Shown here piece by piece: positions 9,328-19,057 of a DNA stretch of 64,000 nt. The notes under the pieces were generated by a model that was not told the origin of the DNA, did not search any database, and saw only the letters and a program-made list of their open reading frames with translations. The stretch is from Candidatus Krumholzibacteriota bacterium. GTDB lineage: Bacteria > Krumholzibacteriota > Krumholzibacteriia > JAJRXK01. The position numbers and the translations under genes were made by a program. Location: assembly GCA_963764625.1 (NCBI GenBank), contig CAVXTH010000006.1, positions 576,001-640,000 of the forward strand, written 5' to 3'. The first letter of the stretch is position 1, and the number at the start of each line of letters is the position of its first letter.

Positions 9328-12121
9328 AACTTCTTCTGGTGGATGGGTCAGCTCTCCTGTACCGCAGTCACTTTGCGTTTCGCGGAAGGCCTCTGACTAC
9401 GAGCCACGGTGAATTGACTTCGGCCGCCTATGGCGTGGCCATGGCTCTGGTTCACCTGCGGGAGGACGAGAGCGCCCAATCGATGGTGGTGGCGTTCGAC
9501 GCCAAGGGTAAGACCTTTCGCCACGAGTTGTATCCGAAGTACAAAGCCAATCGGCCGCCCATGCCGGACGAGTTGCGCGAGCAAGTGCCGCGCGTGCATG
9601 AGCTGGTCCGCGCGCTGGGTCTTCCTCTTCTCTCCATCGAGGGCTACGAAGCGGACGATGTCCTGGCGACCCTGGCCAAAGAGGCGGCCGAGAGGGGGGA
9701 TGAAGCCTGGATCTACTCGGGCGACAAGGACTTCATTCCGCTAATTCGCCCCGGAGTGGGAATCCTCAAGCCGGCGAGCAAGGGAGGCAAGGACCTCTAC
9801 CTCGACAAAGCCGCCATGGAAAGCGAGCTCGGGTTTCCCCCGGAACGCTTTCGAGACGTCCTGGCCCTGATGGGGGACAAGGCGGACAACGTGCCGGGAG
9901 CGCCGGGCGTGGGTGCGAAGACCGCGCATCAACTCATCGCGGATTTCAAGAGCATCGAAGGGGTATTTGCCCATCTGGAGGACTCCCGGATTCGCCCCAA
10001 GCTGCGCGAGACCCTGGCGGAAAACCGCGAGTTGATCGAACTCAGTCTGCGATTGGTGACCATCGATCAAGACGTTCCGTTGAGTTTGCGCTGGAAGGAC
10101 GCGGAACTCGGCGAGTATCCGGAAGAATTCTATGAGATCTGCCGTGAGCTCGAGTTCACGCGCCTTTTGCAACGGCTGACCCGAGCCGCGGCGGACGAGG
10201 GCCAGACCCGTGCTCAACGAAGGTGAGGTCGACGCGCAAAAGGCGGAGGAGCCCGAGGAAGCGGTGGGGGGGAATCCCCTCGTCACTACGAGCTCGTAGC
10301 TTCGCTCGAACGTCTCGACGAGGTGCTGCGAGAGTTCGATTCCCACCGGGGCCCGGTTGCGCTCGACACCGAAACCACTTCCCTGGATCCGCTACGGGCC
10401 GAACTGGTGGGCATCTCACTGAGCAAGCGTGAGGGTTACGCCTACTACATTCCCGTCGATGCCGGCGCCGAGAAGAGCGGCGACCGGACTCTCTTCGACG
10501 AGCCCGTCGAGGCAGCCCGTCTGCCCTGGCCCGAAGTACGCGAGCGTCTGGCCCCCAGGCTGGCCGATCCCAAGAGGGATTTCGTGGGGCAGAACCTGAA
10601 GTACGATCAGCTCGTGCTCGATCACCACCAGGCCCCGGTCGCCCGGGTGGACTTCGATACTATGATCGCCAGTTACCTTCTGGCCCCCGAGCGGCGGCGA
10701 CACAACCTCGATGTCCTGGCCGAAGACGAGTTGGGACTCACCACCATCACCTACGGTGAGTCTGTTCAAGGGAGCGGGTACGAAGGACATTCGGCAACTT
10801 CCTCTGGAGAGAGTGTGCGAGTACGCGGCGGAGGACGCGGATGTCACTTTGCGCCTGAGCGAGGTATTCCGGCCGCGACTGGTGGCGGAGAGTCTCGATC
10901 ACCTCATGAGCGAAGTCGAGTTGCCACTGTCTCAGGTCCTGTTGCGGATGGAGCGACGGGGCATTCGTCTGGACGTTCAGCAGCTGTCTACGCTGGCCAA
11001 GGAACTGAAAACCTCCATGATCGAACTGGAGCTGCGGTGTCATGAGCTGGCCGGTGAACCCTTCAATCTCAACAGCCCGAAACAGCTCCAGACCATCCTC
11101 TTCGGTAAGCTCGGCTTGAAGTCGGGCAGGAAAACGGCGACCGGGTATTCCACCGACGTGGAAGTGCTCACCAGGCTCGCGGAGGAGCATCCCCTGCCCA
11201 AGGCGCTCCTGGAGTACCGTCACGTATCCAAGTTGCTCTCCACCTACGCCGAGTCTCTGCCCCGTCTGGTCAATCCCGATACCGGCTGCGTGCACACCTC
11301 GTTCAATCAAGCCGTCGCGGCCACGGGGCGTCTGAGCAGCACCGATCCCAATCTGCAGAACATTCCGGTGCGCAGCACGCTGGGGAAGAGGATCCGCGAG
11401 GCCTTTATCCCTCGGGAGAAGGGCTGGTGTCTTCTCGCCTCGGACTACTCGCAGATCGAGTTGCGTCTGATGGCGCACTTTGCCCACGACGAGGCGATGA
11501 TCGCGGCCTTCGCCCGCGGGGAGGACATCCACGCACGCACCGCGGCCGAGGTAGCCGGTGTGGGGCTGGAAGAGGTCGAGCCCTCGATGCGCGCGCGCGC
11601 CAAGGCGATCAACTTCGGGATCCTCTATGGGATGGGTTCGCGAGCACTCGCCCAGCAAATTTCGGTCAGCAATCAGGAGGCGAAGCAATTCATCGAGGAC
11701 TACTTCGCGCGCTTTCCCCGGGTGCGTTCGTTCATCGACGAGACGATCGCTAAGGCCAGGCAAGAGGGCGAAGTGCGCACCATCCTGGGCCGCCGTCGCC
11801 GTCTTCCCGAGCTGAGCTCGAGTCATCCCCGTCAGCGCTCGTTCGGCGAACGAGTTGCGGTCAATACCCCCATCCAGGGCTCGGCTGCCGATCTCATCAA
11901 GGTGGCGATGATTCGGCTCGACGAGCGGATTCTCCGCGATGAGCTTACCCGCACGACTTCTTCTGCAAGTCCACGACGAATTGGTGCTCGAGGTGCAGGA
12001 GAAACGGAAAGAGGAAGTGGCGGACGTGGTGCGCGAGGAGATGGAAGGAGTTTTCGCATTGAGCGTCCCCTTGCTGGTCGACATTTCATTCGGTGCGAAT
12101 TGGGCGGAGGCGAAGCCATGA
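9324..12121 (+). CDS. polA: DNA polymerase I, interrupted by an in-frame stop and frameshifts (fragments 9324-10226, ~10272-10755, ~10756-11947, ~11948-12121)
   Basis: 5'-3' exonuclease (LVDGSALLYR, YEADD, GDKADNVPG), 3'-5' exonuclease-like (ALDTETT, YAAEDAD), polymerase motifs A (DYSQIELR), B (RAKAINFGILYG) and C (LQVHDEL) lie in successive reading frames. Confidence 0.92.
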
Positions 12122-12792
12122 CCCGGGCGGAAGGAAACGCGGTGAGAGTGGTGGTGGTCACCGGCCAAACCGGCACCGGAAAGAGCACGGTCTGTTCGTG
12201 GTTGGCGCAACGTGGGGCCTTCGTGCTCGATGCCGACCGCATCGGGCACGAAGTGCTGCGGCGCGAGGAGATCATTCTCCGGCTGAGCGAGACCTTTTCG
12301 ACCGCGGTGCTGCGCGACGATGGTCAGATCGATCGCGCCCGCCTGGGAGGGCTCGTGTTCGCCGATCCGGAATCCCTGCGCGCTCTCAATGCCCTGGTGC
12401 ATCCCCCGCTGGTGGAGGAGCTTCGCGCCCGCATCGCAACCCTGCGGCGCACCCGGGCCGCCGAGTTGATCGTGGTGGACGCAGCGCTGTACTTTCTCTT
12501 TCCCGACCGTCTCGAGTGCGACGCCGTCGTGTTGACCAGGACCTCGCCGCGAATCCAGCTGCAGCGCATCACGGAGCGGGACGGGCTCTCCGAAGAAAGC
12601 GCTCGCGAGCGCCTGGAGCGGCAGCGGGAGATCCTGGAGCACGAGGCCGAGGCGGACTATGTCCTGGACACCTCGGCCGCGCCTAGCCAAGTTCGACGAG
12701 AACTGCTACTTAACATGGACGCTCTCCTGGGAACCTCCCTGGTACTGAGCGACCCGTTGGCCCGCTACTGGCAGCCGGAGGTTCAGAGCTGA
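12118..12792 (+). CDS. coaE: Dephospho-CoA kinase
   Basis: VTGQTGTGKST P-loop, DADRIGH, IDRARLGGLVF, LNALVHP; own ATG overlaps the polA stop (ATGA) with a GGAGG RBS upstream. Confidence 0.92.
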   Translation: MTRAEGNAVRVVVVTGQTGTGKSTVCSWLAQRGAFVLDADRIGHEVLRREEIILRLSETFSTAVLRDDGQIDRARLGGLVFADPESLRALNALVHPPLVEELRARIATLRRTRAAELIVVDAALYFLFPDRLECDAVVLTRTSPRIQLQRITERDGLSEESARERLERQREILEHEAEADYVLDTSAAPSQVRRELLLNMDALLGTSLVLSDPLARYWQPEVQS

Positions 12793-13893
12793 TGAACGAA
12801 CCAAGCACACCCTCCCTGGACGAGATCCGCGACAGAACCTTCAGACTCAAGGAGGGTCTTTGACCTTCCGCAGCTTCAAACCCGCCTGTCCGAGCTGGAA
12901 AAGGCCATGGCGGCCAATGACTTCTGGTCGGATCAAGAACAAGCCCGTGAAGTGATCGAGGAGTCCAACCGGATCAAGCGTTGGACCGAACCCCTGGCCG
13001 AGCTCGAGAAGACGCTCGAAGAGGCCGAGTTGTATCTGGAGATGGGGGAGGACGACCCCGAGGCGGCGGGTGAAGCCAGGTCGGCGCTCTCGAGGGCCGC
13101 CAAGAAGATCGATCAATTGGAGGGCCAGTACATGTTGGGTGGCCCCGACGATCCCAAGGGGGCCATGATCGAAATCCACCCCGGGGCGGGGGGCACCGAG
13201 AGCCAGGATTGGGCGGAGATGCTCCTGCGCATGTACAGCCGTTTTTGCGAAGCCGAAGGATGGAATTTCAAGCTCATGGAGGTCGCGCCCGGCGACGAGG
13301 CGGGGATCAAGACCGCGACGATGGAAGTCACCGAGTCCTTTGCCTACGGCTATCTGAAGGGAGAGAGCGGCGTTCATCGTCTGGTGCGAATCTCGCCTTT
13401 CGACGCGCAGAGCCGGCGTCACACTTCGTTTGCGTCGGTTTTCGTCTATCCGCTCGTGGAGGACCAGGACGTCGACATCGAAATCGAAGACAAAGACCTG
13501 CGAGTGGACACCTACCGCGCTAGCGGCGCGGGTGGACAGCACGTGAACAAGACGGACAGCGCGATACGTATGACCCACCTTCCGACGGGCATCGTCGTGC
13601 AATGCCAGAACGAACGCAGCCAGCACCGAAATCGAGAGTCCGCGATGCAGATGCTGAGGACGCGTCTCTATCACTTGCGAATGGAGCAGGAGAAGGCGAA
13701 GCAGCAAGAACTCGAGGATACCAAGATGAAGATCGACTTCGGGAGTCAGATTCGCTCCTACGTCCTGCAGCCCTACACCAAAGTGAAGGACCACCGCACC
13801 GAGGTCGAGGTCGGCGACGCCAGAAGCGTCCTGGACGGCGACCTCAAAGCCTTCATCGATTCTTATCTGCGCTGGGCCGGGCAGGCGGCTTGA
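12792..13893 (+). CDS. prfB: Peptide chain release factor 2 with programmed +1 frameshift
   Basis: ORF1 MNEPSTPSLDEIRDRTFRLKEGL ends at CTT TGA C (12858-12864); the +1 frame continues DLPQLQTRL... to the SPF and GGQ motifs. Confidence 0.96.
12850..12864 (+). promoter_or_regulatory. prfB +1 frameshift cassette (internal Shine-Dalgarno plus CTT TGA C)
   Basis: AGGAGG-GT-CTT-TGA-C, matching the canonical RF2 autoregulatory shift site. Confidence 0.93.
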
Positions 13894-13918
13894 CAGCCAC
13901 AGCCGGCCCGACGATACT
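13890..13918 (+). promoter_or_regulatory. Candidate sigma70 promoter for lysS-lol-mcs-clpC
   Basis: TTGACA-N17-GATACT; the -35 box contains the prfB TGA stop. Confidence 0.55.
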
Positions 13919-13978
13919 TCCGACCCCGGTGGATTCCCTTGGAATTTAGGCACTTGCGGCTACGACCTTAGGAAGACG

Positions 13979-15454
13979 ATGGAAGACCAACACCGGCTCG
14001 TACAGATGCGCCTAGAGAGACTGCAGGGTCTGAAGGACACCGGCGCTGAGCCCTATCCCTACGGCTTTGTCCGCACGCATCACCTCGCGGAGATCATCGA
14101 CTCGGGCGAGGAACTCCTCGCCTCGTCGGTCCCGGTCTCTCTGGCGGGACGGATGATGTCCAAGCGCCGGCACGGGAAGGCGGGCTTCGCTCACATCGAG
14201 GACGAGCTGGCCCGGTTGCAGATCTACCTCCGCAAGGACGAGGTGGGCGAGGAAAACTACGAACTGTTCAAGCTCCTGGAGGTCGGCGATTTCGTTGGGG
14301 TGGAGGGGTCGCTCATGCGAACCAAGACCGGAGAGCTGACGGTCCACGTCCAGAAGATCGTGCCCCTCACCAAAGCACTTCGTCCTCTGCCCGAAAAGTG
14401 GCACGGCTTGACCGACAAGGAGATTCGGTACCGGCAGCGATACCTCGATCTCATCATGAACCAAGAGGTCAGGGCCACCTTCCGGCGTCGATCTGAAGTG
14501 ATTGCCACCATTCGCGAGGTGCTGCTGGAGGAGAACTTCCTCGAAGTCGAAACGCCAATTCTTCAGCCGCTCTACGGTGGAGCGACGGCGCGCCCCTTCA
14601 CCACGAACTACCACTCGCTTTCGGACATGAAAGTCTACCTTCGGATCGCCAACGAGCTGTATCTGAAGCGGCTGATCGTCGGCGGCTTCGATCGTGTTTT
14701 CGAATTCGCGAAGGATTTCCGAAACGAGGGGATGGATCGCACGCATAACCCCGAATTCACCATGATGGAATGCTACGCGGCGTACTGGGACTACGTGGAC
14801 GTCATGAATCTGGTGGAGCGGATCTTCGCGCGCCTGGTCGAACGCTTCACGGAAGGCGGAATCCTGCGCTACGGAGAACACGAGATCGACTTCAGCCACG
14901 GTTTCCGCCGGGCGCGTTTCCTCGAGCTCCTGCACGAGAAGACCGGTATCGATTTCGCCTCCTTGAGCCCGGAGGAGATTCGCGTCCAGGCGAAGACTCT
15001 GGGGGTAGAGGTCGACGAGAGCATGGGGAAGGGAAAGCTGCTCGATGAGGTGTTCAGCGCGAAGGTGGAACCCGATCTCGTGCAGCCGACTTTCGTCTGC
15101 GATCATCCGAAAGAGCTGAGTCCCCTGGCCAAAGCCCATCGTAGCGATTCCGAGCTGGTGGAACGGTTCGAGCCCTTCGTAGCTGGTTTCGAAGTGGGAA
15201 ACGCGTTCAGCGAGCTGAACGATCCTCAGGATCAACGGGCCCGGTTCGAAGATCAGCTTCGACTCCGCGAAGAGGGAGACGAAGAGGCGCAGCAACTCGA
15301 CCAGGATTTCCTGCGCGCGCTCGAGTACGGCATGCCGCCCACCGGCGGGCTTGGCCTGGGAATCGACCGCATCGTCATGCTCTTCACCGACAGCCACAGC
15401 ATCCGCGACGTGCTGTTCTTTCCGCAGATGAGATCCGAGGCCGAGTCGAGCTAG
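13979..15454 (+). CDS. lysS: Lysine--tRNA ligase (class II)
   Basis: RPLPEKWHGLTD.E.RYRQRYLDL, YLRIANELYLKRL, FRNEGMDRTHNPEFT, YGMPPTGGLGLGIDR. Confidence 0.97.
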   Translation: MEDQHRLVQMRLERLQGLKDTGAEPYPYGFVRTHHLAEIIDSGEELLASSVPVSLAGRMMSKRRHGKAGFAHIEDELARLQIYLRKDEVGEENYELFKLLEVGDFVGVEGSLMRTKTGELTVHVQKIVPLTKALRPLPEKWHGLTDKEIRYRQRYLDLIMNQEVRATFRRRSEVIATIREVLLEENFLEVETPILQPLYGGATARPFTTNYHSLSDMKVYLRIANELYLKRLIVGGFDRVFEFAKDFRNEGMDRTHNPEFTMMECYAAYWDYVDVMNLVERIFARLVERFTEGGILRYGEHEIDFSHGFRRARFLELLHEKTGIDFASLSPEEIRVQAKTLGVEVDESMGKGKLLDEVFSAKVEPDLVQPTFVCDHPKELSPLAKAHRSDSELVERFEPFVAGFEVGNAFSELNDPQDQRARFEDQLRLREEGDEEAQQLDQDFLRALEYGMPPTGGLGLGIDRIVMLFTDSHSIRDVLFFPQMRSEAESS

Positions 15455-15481
15455 ACCGGTCACGAGTCTAGATGCGAAGGG

Positions 15482-16765
15482 GTGCAGATGGGTTTCGCGG
15501 GCTTCATCGCCCAACGCTATCTTCGGACCCAGCGATCTCGGTTCGTGAGCGTCATCACGATCATCGCCATCGTGGGGATCACTCTGGGTGTCATGGTCCT
15601 CGACACCACACTGGCCGTCATGAATGGCTTTCAGGACCAGATCCGCTTCACTTTCGTGGAAAACATGCCCATGGTTACGGTGATGACCCAGGCCCCTTCG
15701 GGCTTCGGCGAGGTCGAGAAGATCGTGGACGAAGTGAAACAATTTCCTCCCGTGGTGGGAGCCGCGCCTTACATCCGCAAGGAAGCTCTCCTCACCTTCG
15801 AGAGATTCGGGGGACGGACCAAGGATAGACCCTGCGTGATCTGGGGCATCGATCCCAGCCGGCAGAAGAGCGTGACGAAGACTCTCGATTCGGTGACGCC
15901 GGCCTTCACCGATTTTTCCACTGAAGGATTCGTGGGCGTCGATCCGGGCACGCCGGGAATCGTGCTCGGAGACATGCTGGCCAAGAGTATGCGGGTCGGC
16001 GTCGGCGACGTGCTCACGCTCACCACGGTGCGCAAGACGGGTGGGTCCCGACAGTACGAGGGCCACTCGATCGCGGTCGCGGTGGTGGGGATCTTCACCA
16101 GCGGGATGTACCAGTTCGACGATGTGTTCGCCTACATGAACATCGAGGATGTTCGCCGCATCTTCGTGGTCATCGGAGGCGCCGATGGCGTGGGCATCAA
16201 GGTGGACAAGATGATGCGCGCTCCCGCCTACGCCGATTCGCTTGCCCACCGCCTCGGACTGCCCTACTTCACGAACGACTGGATCTCGCTCAACCGTGCT
16301 CTTTTCCGCTGGATCCGGATCGAGAAGGTCCTGATGTTCGTGCTGCTCTCTATGATCACTCTGGTCGCGAGCTTCATGGTGGTGGCGATCCTGCTCATGA
16401 TGGTGAGGGACCGGCAGCACGACATCGGCGTCTTTCTCTCGCTGGGAGTGCGCAAGGATCAGCTCGTGGGCGTCTTCGTTCAGCTTGGAATGATCATCGG
16501 GGGTGGAGGGGTTTTTCTGGGAACGCTCCTGGGATATCTCCTTTGCCGTTTCCTCGACAGCCAGGGACTGTGGGCCCTGGTGGAACGCCTGGGTCTTCCC
16601 TCTCCGGCGGACGTGTACTTCGTGGACAAGCTCCCGGTCCACATGCAGATGGGAGACTTCGTGCTGGTGGGGGGCGTGACTCTTTTGATGTGTCTGCTCG
16701 CCACTCTGCTTCCCTCGTGGTTCGCGACGCGGTTTACTCCGGTGGAGGTCCTTCGCTATGAGTGA
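15482..16765 (+). CDS. lolE: Lipoprotein-releasing ABC transporter permease LolC/E
   Basis: FIAQRYLR, GITLGV, AVMNGF, FtsX-like 4-TM topology, C-terminal PVEVLRYE; followed by lolD. Confidence 0.88.
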   Translation: MQMGFAGFIAQRYLRTQRSRFVSVITIIAIVGITLGVMVLDTTLAVMNGFQDQIRFTFVENMPMVTVMTQAPSGFGEVEKIVDEVKQFPPVVGAAPYIRKEALLTFERFGGRTKDRPCVIWGIDPSRQKSVTKTLDSVTPAFTDFSTEGFVGVDPGTPGIVLGDMLAKSMRVGVGDVLTLTTVRKTGGSRQYEGHSIAVAVVGIFTSGMYQFDDVFAYMNIEDVRRIFVVIGGADGVGIKVDKMMRAPAYADSLAHRLGLPYFTNDWISLNRALFRWIRIEKVLMFVLLSMITLVASFMVVAILLMMVRDRQHDIGVFLSLGVRKDQLVGVFVQLGMIIGGGGVFLGTLLGYLLCRFLDSQGLWALVERLGLPSPADVYFVDKLPVHMQMGDFVLVGGVTLLMCLLATLLPSWFATRFTPVEVLRYE

Positions 16766-17453
16766 GCCATGGTTGGAGGCGACCGAGCTGCACATGTCCT
16801 ACCACACCGGCCGGCGGGACGTGACCGTGTTGCGCGGCATCGATCTGGCCGTCGCTCCCCGCGAAGTGGTGGCGGTGACCGGGGGAAGCGGATCGGGAAA
16901 GACCACCCTGCTGAATCTGCTGGGCTCCCTGGATCGCCCCGGCCAGGGTTCGATCCGTTGGGGAGGCGAGGAGATTTTGCGCCTGAATTCGAAGGATCTC
17001 AGTCGGCTGAGGAATCAGGCCGTGGGCTTCGTATTTCAGTTTCATCACCTTCTGCCCGATTTCACCGCTTTGGAGAACATCATGATGCCATCCCGCATCG
17101 CGGGCGCGTCGCCGGCCAAGGCTGAGATGCGAGCTCGCGATCTGCTGGAGCGAGTGGGTCTGCTGGACTGGGCGGAGCACCGACCGGGAGAACTCTCCGG
17201 AGGTGAGCAGCAGAGAGTGGCGGTGGCGCGGGCGCTGATGAACCATCCGCGCCTGTTGCTGGCCGACGAACCAGCCGGTAATTTGGATTCAGGTCGCGCA
17301 GCAGAACTCACCCAGCTATTGCTCCAAGCGCGGGATGAAGAGGATCTGGCGGTGGTCGTGGTCACGCACGATGAAACGGCGGCTTCTCGCGCGGACCGGT
17401 GGTACACCCTTCACGACGGCCGGCTCGAGGAGCGGTCGTCGCGGGGGAGCTAA
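16758..17453 (+). CDS. lolD: Lipoprotein-releasing ABC transporter ATPase LolD
   Basis: GGSGSGKTT, GFVFQFHHLLPDFTALEN (LolD motif), LSGGEQQRVA, LADEP. Confidence 0.9.
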   Translation: MSEPWLEATELHMSYHTGRRDVTVLRGIDLAVAPREVVAVTGGSGSGKTTLLNLLGSLDRPGQGSIRWGGEEILRLNSKDLSRLRNQAVGFVFQFHHLLPDFTALENIMMPSRIAGASPAKAEMRARDLLERVGLLDWAEHRPGELSGGEQQRVAVARALMNHPRLLLADEPAGNLDSGRAAELTQLLLQARDEEDLAVVVVTHDETAASRADRWYTLHDGRLEERSSRGS

Positions 17454-17462
17454 GGTGTTCCG

Positions 17463-17993
17463 ATGATTTGCCAGCGATGCGGAAAGAGGCCCGCGGAAGT
17501 CCAATACACCGAGATGATCGGTGGCCACAAGACGATGCAGTGGCTGTGCTCTCAATGCGCGCGCGAGGCCGGTCTGCTGGTTACCCTCAATCTCTCTTCC
17601 TTGACTCACGGTTCCACCGCGAAGCTCTTCTCGGGCGGGCAGGGCGCACCGGCCACGCTCCGCTGTCCCGAATGCGGAACCGACGCCGAGAGCCTGCGGC
17701 GCAGCGGACTGCTGGGATGTCCTCACTGCTACGAGGTTTTCCGCACGCAGCTCGAACCCCTCCTGCGAAGTGTTCACCACGCAACCGACCATCATCCGAG
17801 CGACGGCGGCGACGATTCGCTCAGCCGGCTGGAGCGAGTGCTGGAGTCTCTGCGGCGCGAGCTCAGCGAGTCGGTGCGCCGCGAGGAATTTGAACGGGCC
17901 GCCTCCATCCGCGACGAAATCCGCCGCTATGAGAAGGAGAAGGCGGAACTCGCGAGTTCCCGGGAGGAAGAGGAGGGAGGAGGGGACGAATGA
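17463..17993 (+). CDS. mcsA: McsA, activator of protein-arginine kinase
   Basis: Four CxxC motifs (CQRC, CSQC, CPEC, CPHC) plus C-terminal UVR domain EEFERAASIRDEI. Confidence 0.88.
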   Translation: MICQRCGKRPAEVQYTEMIGGHKTMQWLCSQCAREAGLLVTLNLSSLTHGSTAKLFSGGQGAPATLRCPECGTDAESLRRSGLLGCPHCYEVFRTQLEPLLRSVHHATDHHPSDGGDDSLSRLERVLESLRRELSESVRREEFERAASIRDEIRRYEKEKAELASSREEEEGGGDE

Positions 17994-19057
17994 GATTTGA
18001 AGAGATGGCCCACGCCCCGGCTCCCTGGCAGGTACAGGACGCTCCCGAGCGAGACATCGTGTTGAGCTGCCGCATACGCCTGGCGCGCAACCTGGAGGGG
18101 GAGTTTTTCCCCCATCTGTTGGGGGAAGACGCGCTACGCAGTCTGAGGACCCGCATCCTCGAGGCGGCCTCGAACTGTCCCTGCGCGCAGGAGCCGGCGT
18201 CCTGGGCCATGGAGGAACTCGAGGAACTCGAGCGGCGTTTCCTCCTCGAACGGCACCTCGTCTCCCAGGAGCTGGTGGCCACGCCACTGGGGCGGGCGGT
18301 GGTGGTGAGCGGGGACGAGTCGCGGGGCCTCATGGTGAACGAGGAGGACCATCTGCGGATCCAGGCCTTCGGCCCCGGACTGAATCCAAAGGAAACCTAT
18401 GATATTGCAGTACGTTTCGCGTCTGAGCTCGAGGAACACTTGACCTTTGCCCACAGCCCGCGCTTGGGCTACTTGAGTGCCTGCCCCACGAATTTGGGCA
18501 CCGGGCTGCGCGCGTCGGTCCTGCTGCACCTGCCCGGGCTCTCCCTCACGCAGGACCTGGAGAAGGTGTTGCATAGCCTGAAGGTGCTGAACTATACCGT
18601 ACGGGGATTCTACGGCGAGGGAAGCGGGGCTCTGGGAGCGCTCTTCCAGGTGTCCAATTCGGCCACTCTGGGGCTCTCAGGGGCTCAGATCGTGGACGAT
18701 CTGCTCCACCACCTCCGCAAGGTGATCTCCGTGGAGCGGGAGGCACGAGCCGTGCTTCTGCGGCGCGAGGGGAAGCGGATCGAGGACCGGGTCTGGCGCG
18801 CCTGGGGAATTCTCAACCACGCACGGCTCCTCAGCACGCGCGAGGCCTTCGATTTGCTTGGTGATGTACGGTTGGGGATGAACTTCCGTTTGCTCCCCGG
18901 GGTGGACGAAACGACCCTACGGTGTCTTCTTGTGACTATTCAGGGGGCGCACCAGGAGATCATGGCGCAGCGTAACTTGAAGGCTCCCCAGCGCGATGAG
19001 CGGCGAGCGAAATACGTTCGGCGCACGCTGGCAAAGGCTAGGAGAGACTCAGAATGA
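17990..19057 (+). CDS. mcsB: Protein-arginine kinase McsB
   Basis: [58 protein letters not shown]. Confidence 0.92.
   Translation: MRFEEMAHAPAPWQVQDAPERDIVLSCRIRLARNLEGEFFPHLLGEDALRSLRTRILEAASNCPCAQEPASWAMEELEELERRFLLERHLVSQELVATPLGRAVVVSGDESRGLMVNEEDHLRIQAFGPGLNPKETYDIAVRFASELEEHLTFAHSPRLGYLSACPTNLGTGLRASVLLHLPGLSLTQDLEKVLHSLKVLNYTVRGFYGEGSGALGALFQVSNSATLGLSGAQIVDDLLHHLRKVISVEREARAVLLRREGKRIEDRVWRAWGILNHARLLSTREAFDLLGDVRLGMNFRLLPGVDETTLRCLLVTIQGAHQEIMAQRNLKAPQRDERRAKYVRRTLAKARRDSE

Noticed and set aside
10224-10226. In-frame TGA in polA as selenocysteine or stop-codon reassignment
   Set aside because: TGA is the normal stop for many genes here and RF2 is intact. The position is an interdomain linker, and two compensating indels explain it better.
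10711-12792. 693-aa ORF suggesting a PolA-CoaE fusion protein
   Set aside because: PolA motif C and its natural C-terminus lie in the +1 frame (11939-12121). coaE has its own RBS and ATG at 12118, and the linker is out-of-frame sequence.
14012-16795. Long antisense and alternate-frame ORFs (e.g. 927 aa here; also 4416-5951, 10747-12690, 25775-27469, 49850-51463)
   Set aside because: Shadow ORFs opposite well-conserved genes, expected at high GC3; no recognisable motifs.
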